DNA of 46,086 nucleotides from Legionella genomosp. 1 (GTDB lineage Bacteria; Pseudomonadota; Gammaproteobacteria; Legionellales; Legionellaceae): NCBI GenBank assembly GCA_945865355.1, contig CAMBDN010000001.1, positions 1 to 46,086 of the forward strand, read 5' to 3'. Shown piece by piece: positions 45,986 to 46,086 of this stretch (position 1 is its first letter; each line of letters starts with the position of its first letter). The notes under the pieces were generated by a model. It saw only the letters and a program-made list of their open reading frames with translations, ran no database searches and was not told where the DNA came from. The position numbers and the translations under genes were made by a program.

Positions 45986-46086
45986 ATCCTGGCAATGACC
46001 TACTTTCACATGGGGAAACCCCACACTATCATCGGCGCGCGTAGGTTTCACTTCTGAGTTCGAGATGGGATCAGGTGGGTCCAAAC
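45986..46086 (-). rRNA. rrf: 5S ribosomal RNA, 3' ~100 nt (the 5' end is beyond the window)
   Basis: The reverse complement reads ...GACCCACCTGATCCCATCTCGAACTCAGAAGTGAAACCTACGCGCGCCGATGATAGTGTGGGGTTTCCCCATGTGAAAGTAGGTCATTGCCAGGAT. It is colinear with E. coli 5S (CCCACCTGACCCCATGCCGAACTCAGAAGTGAAAC...GTAGTGTGGGG.CTCCCCATG.GAGAGTAGG.A.TGCCAGGCAT). Confidence 0.92.

Noticed and set aside
45866-46084. 72-aa minus-strand ORF at the window end.
   Set aside because: It overlaps the 5S rRNA and its terminator. It is not coding.
1-46086. CRISPR arrays, prophage genes, toxin-antitoxin pairs and known defence-system genes.
   Set aside because: No regularly spaced direct repeats or cas-, phage- or defence-type proteins were recognised in any frame.

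Overview
This window looks like a chromosomal segment from a Legionella-type (Legionellales) gammaproteobacterium. All family assignments come from reading the translations and recalling motifs; no searches were run.

Gene content, in order along the window:
- The window opens inside Dot/Icm type IVB secretion region II on the minus strand: icmT, icmS, and the first 68 codons of a gene in the hypervariable icmR/FIR slot.
- Housekeeping genes follow: pabC, 5-formyl-THF cyclo-ligase, an EVE-domain protein, P-II, ubiK, comM, yqgE-ruvX-pyrB, an MscK-like channel, cspA, mltA, hemH and rimK.
- Next is a cytochrome-oxidase assembly operon (SURF1-hyp-ctaA-cyoE-sco1 plus DUF2909). The oxidase structural genes are not next to it.
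- Then a small accessory-looking block: a DsbB-like protein, a secreted two-Cys protein, CMD, PncC, a dienelactone hydrolase and an alpha/beta hydrolase.
- Then an uninterrupted 11.1-kb ORF of 3712 aa.
- The window ends with an SDR gene, mycobacterial-type ahpC-ahpD with divergent oxyR, the type IV minor-pilin operon fimU-pilV-pilW-pilX-pilY1-pilE, an orphan 466-aa gene, and the 3' part of a 5S rRNA with its terminator.

The stand-out feature is the giant ORF. Its only recognisable module is a complete SecA-like ATPase motor at about aa 2010-2520, which makes it a candidate novel giant Dot/Icm substrate.

Other points of interest:
- PmrA- and CpxR-like boxes lie upstream of the FIR-slot gene.
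- A family of CTCCC...GGGAG hairpin repeats includes three copies inside the ahpC-ahpD spacer.
- The DsbB-like protein is non-canonical and has a translationally coupled mini-ORF upstream.
- The orphan gene is driven by a perfect consensus sigma-70 promoter.

No transposase, integrase, tRNA or CRISPR array was seen.
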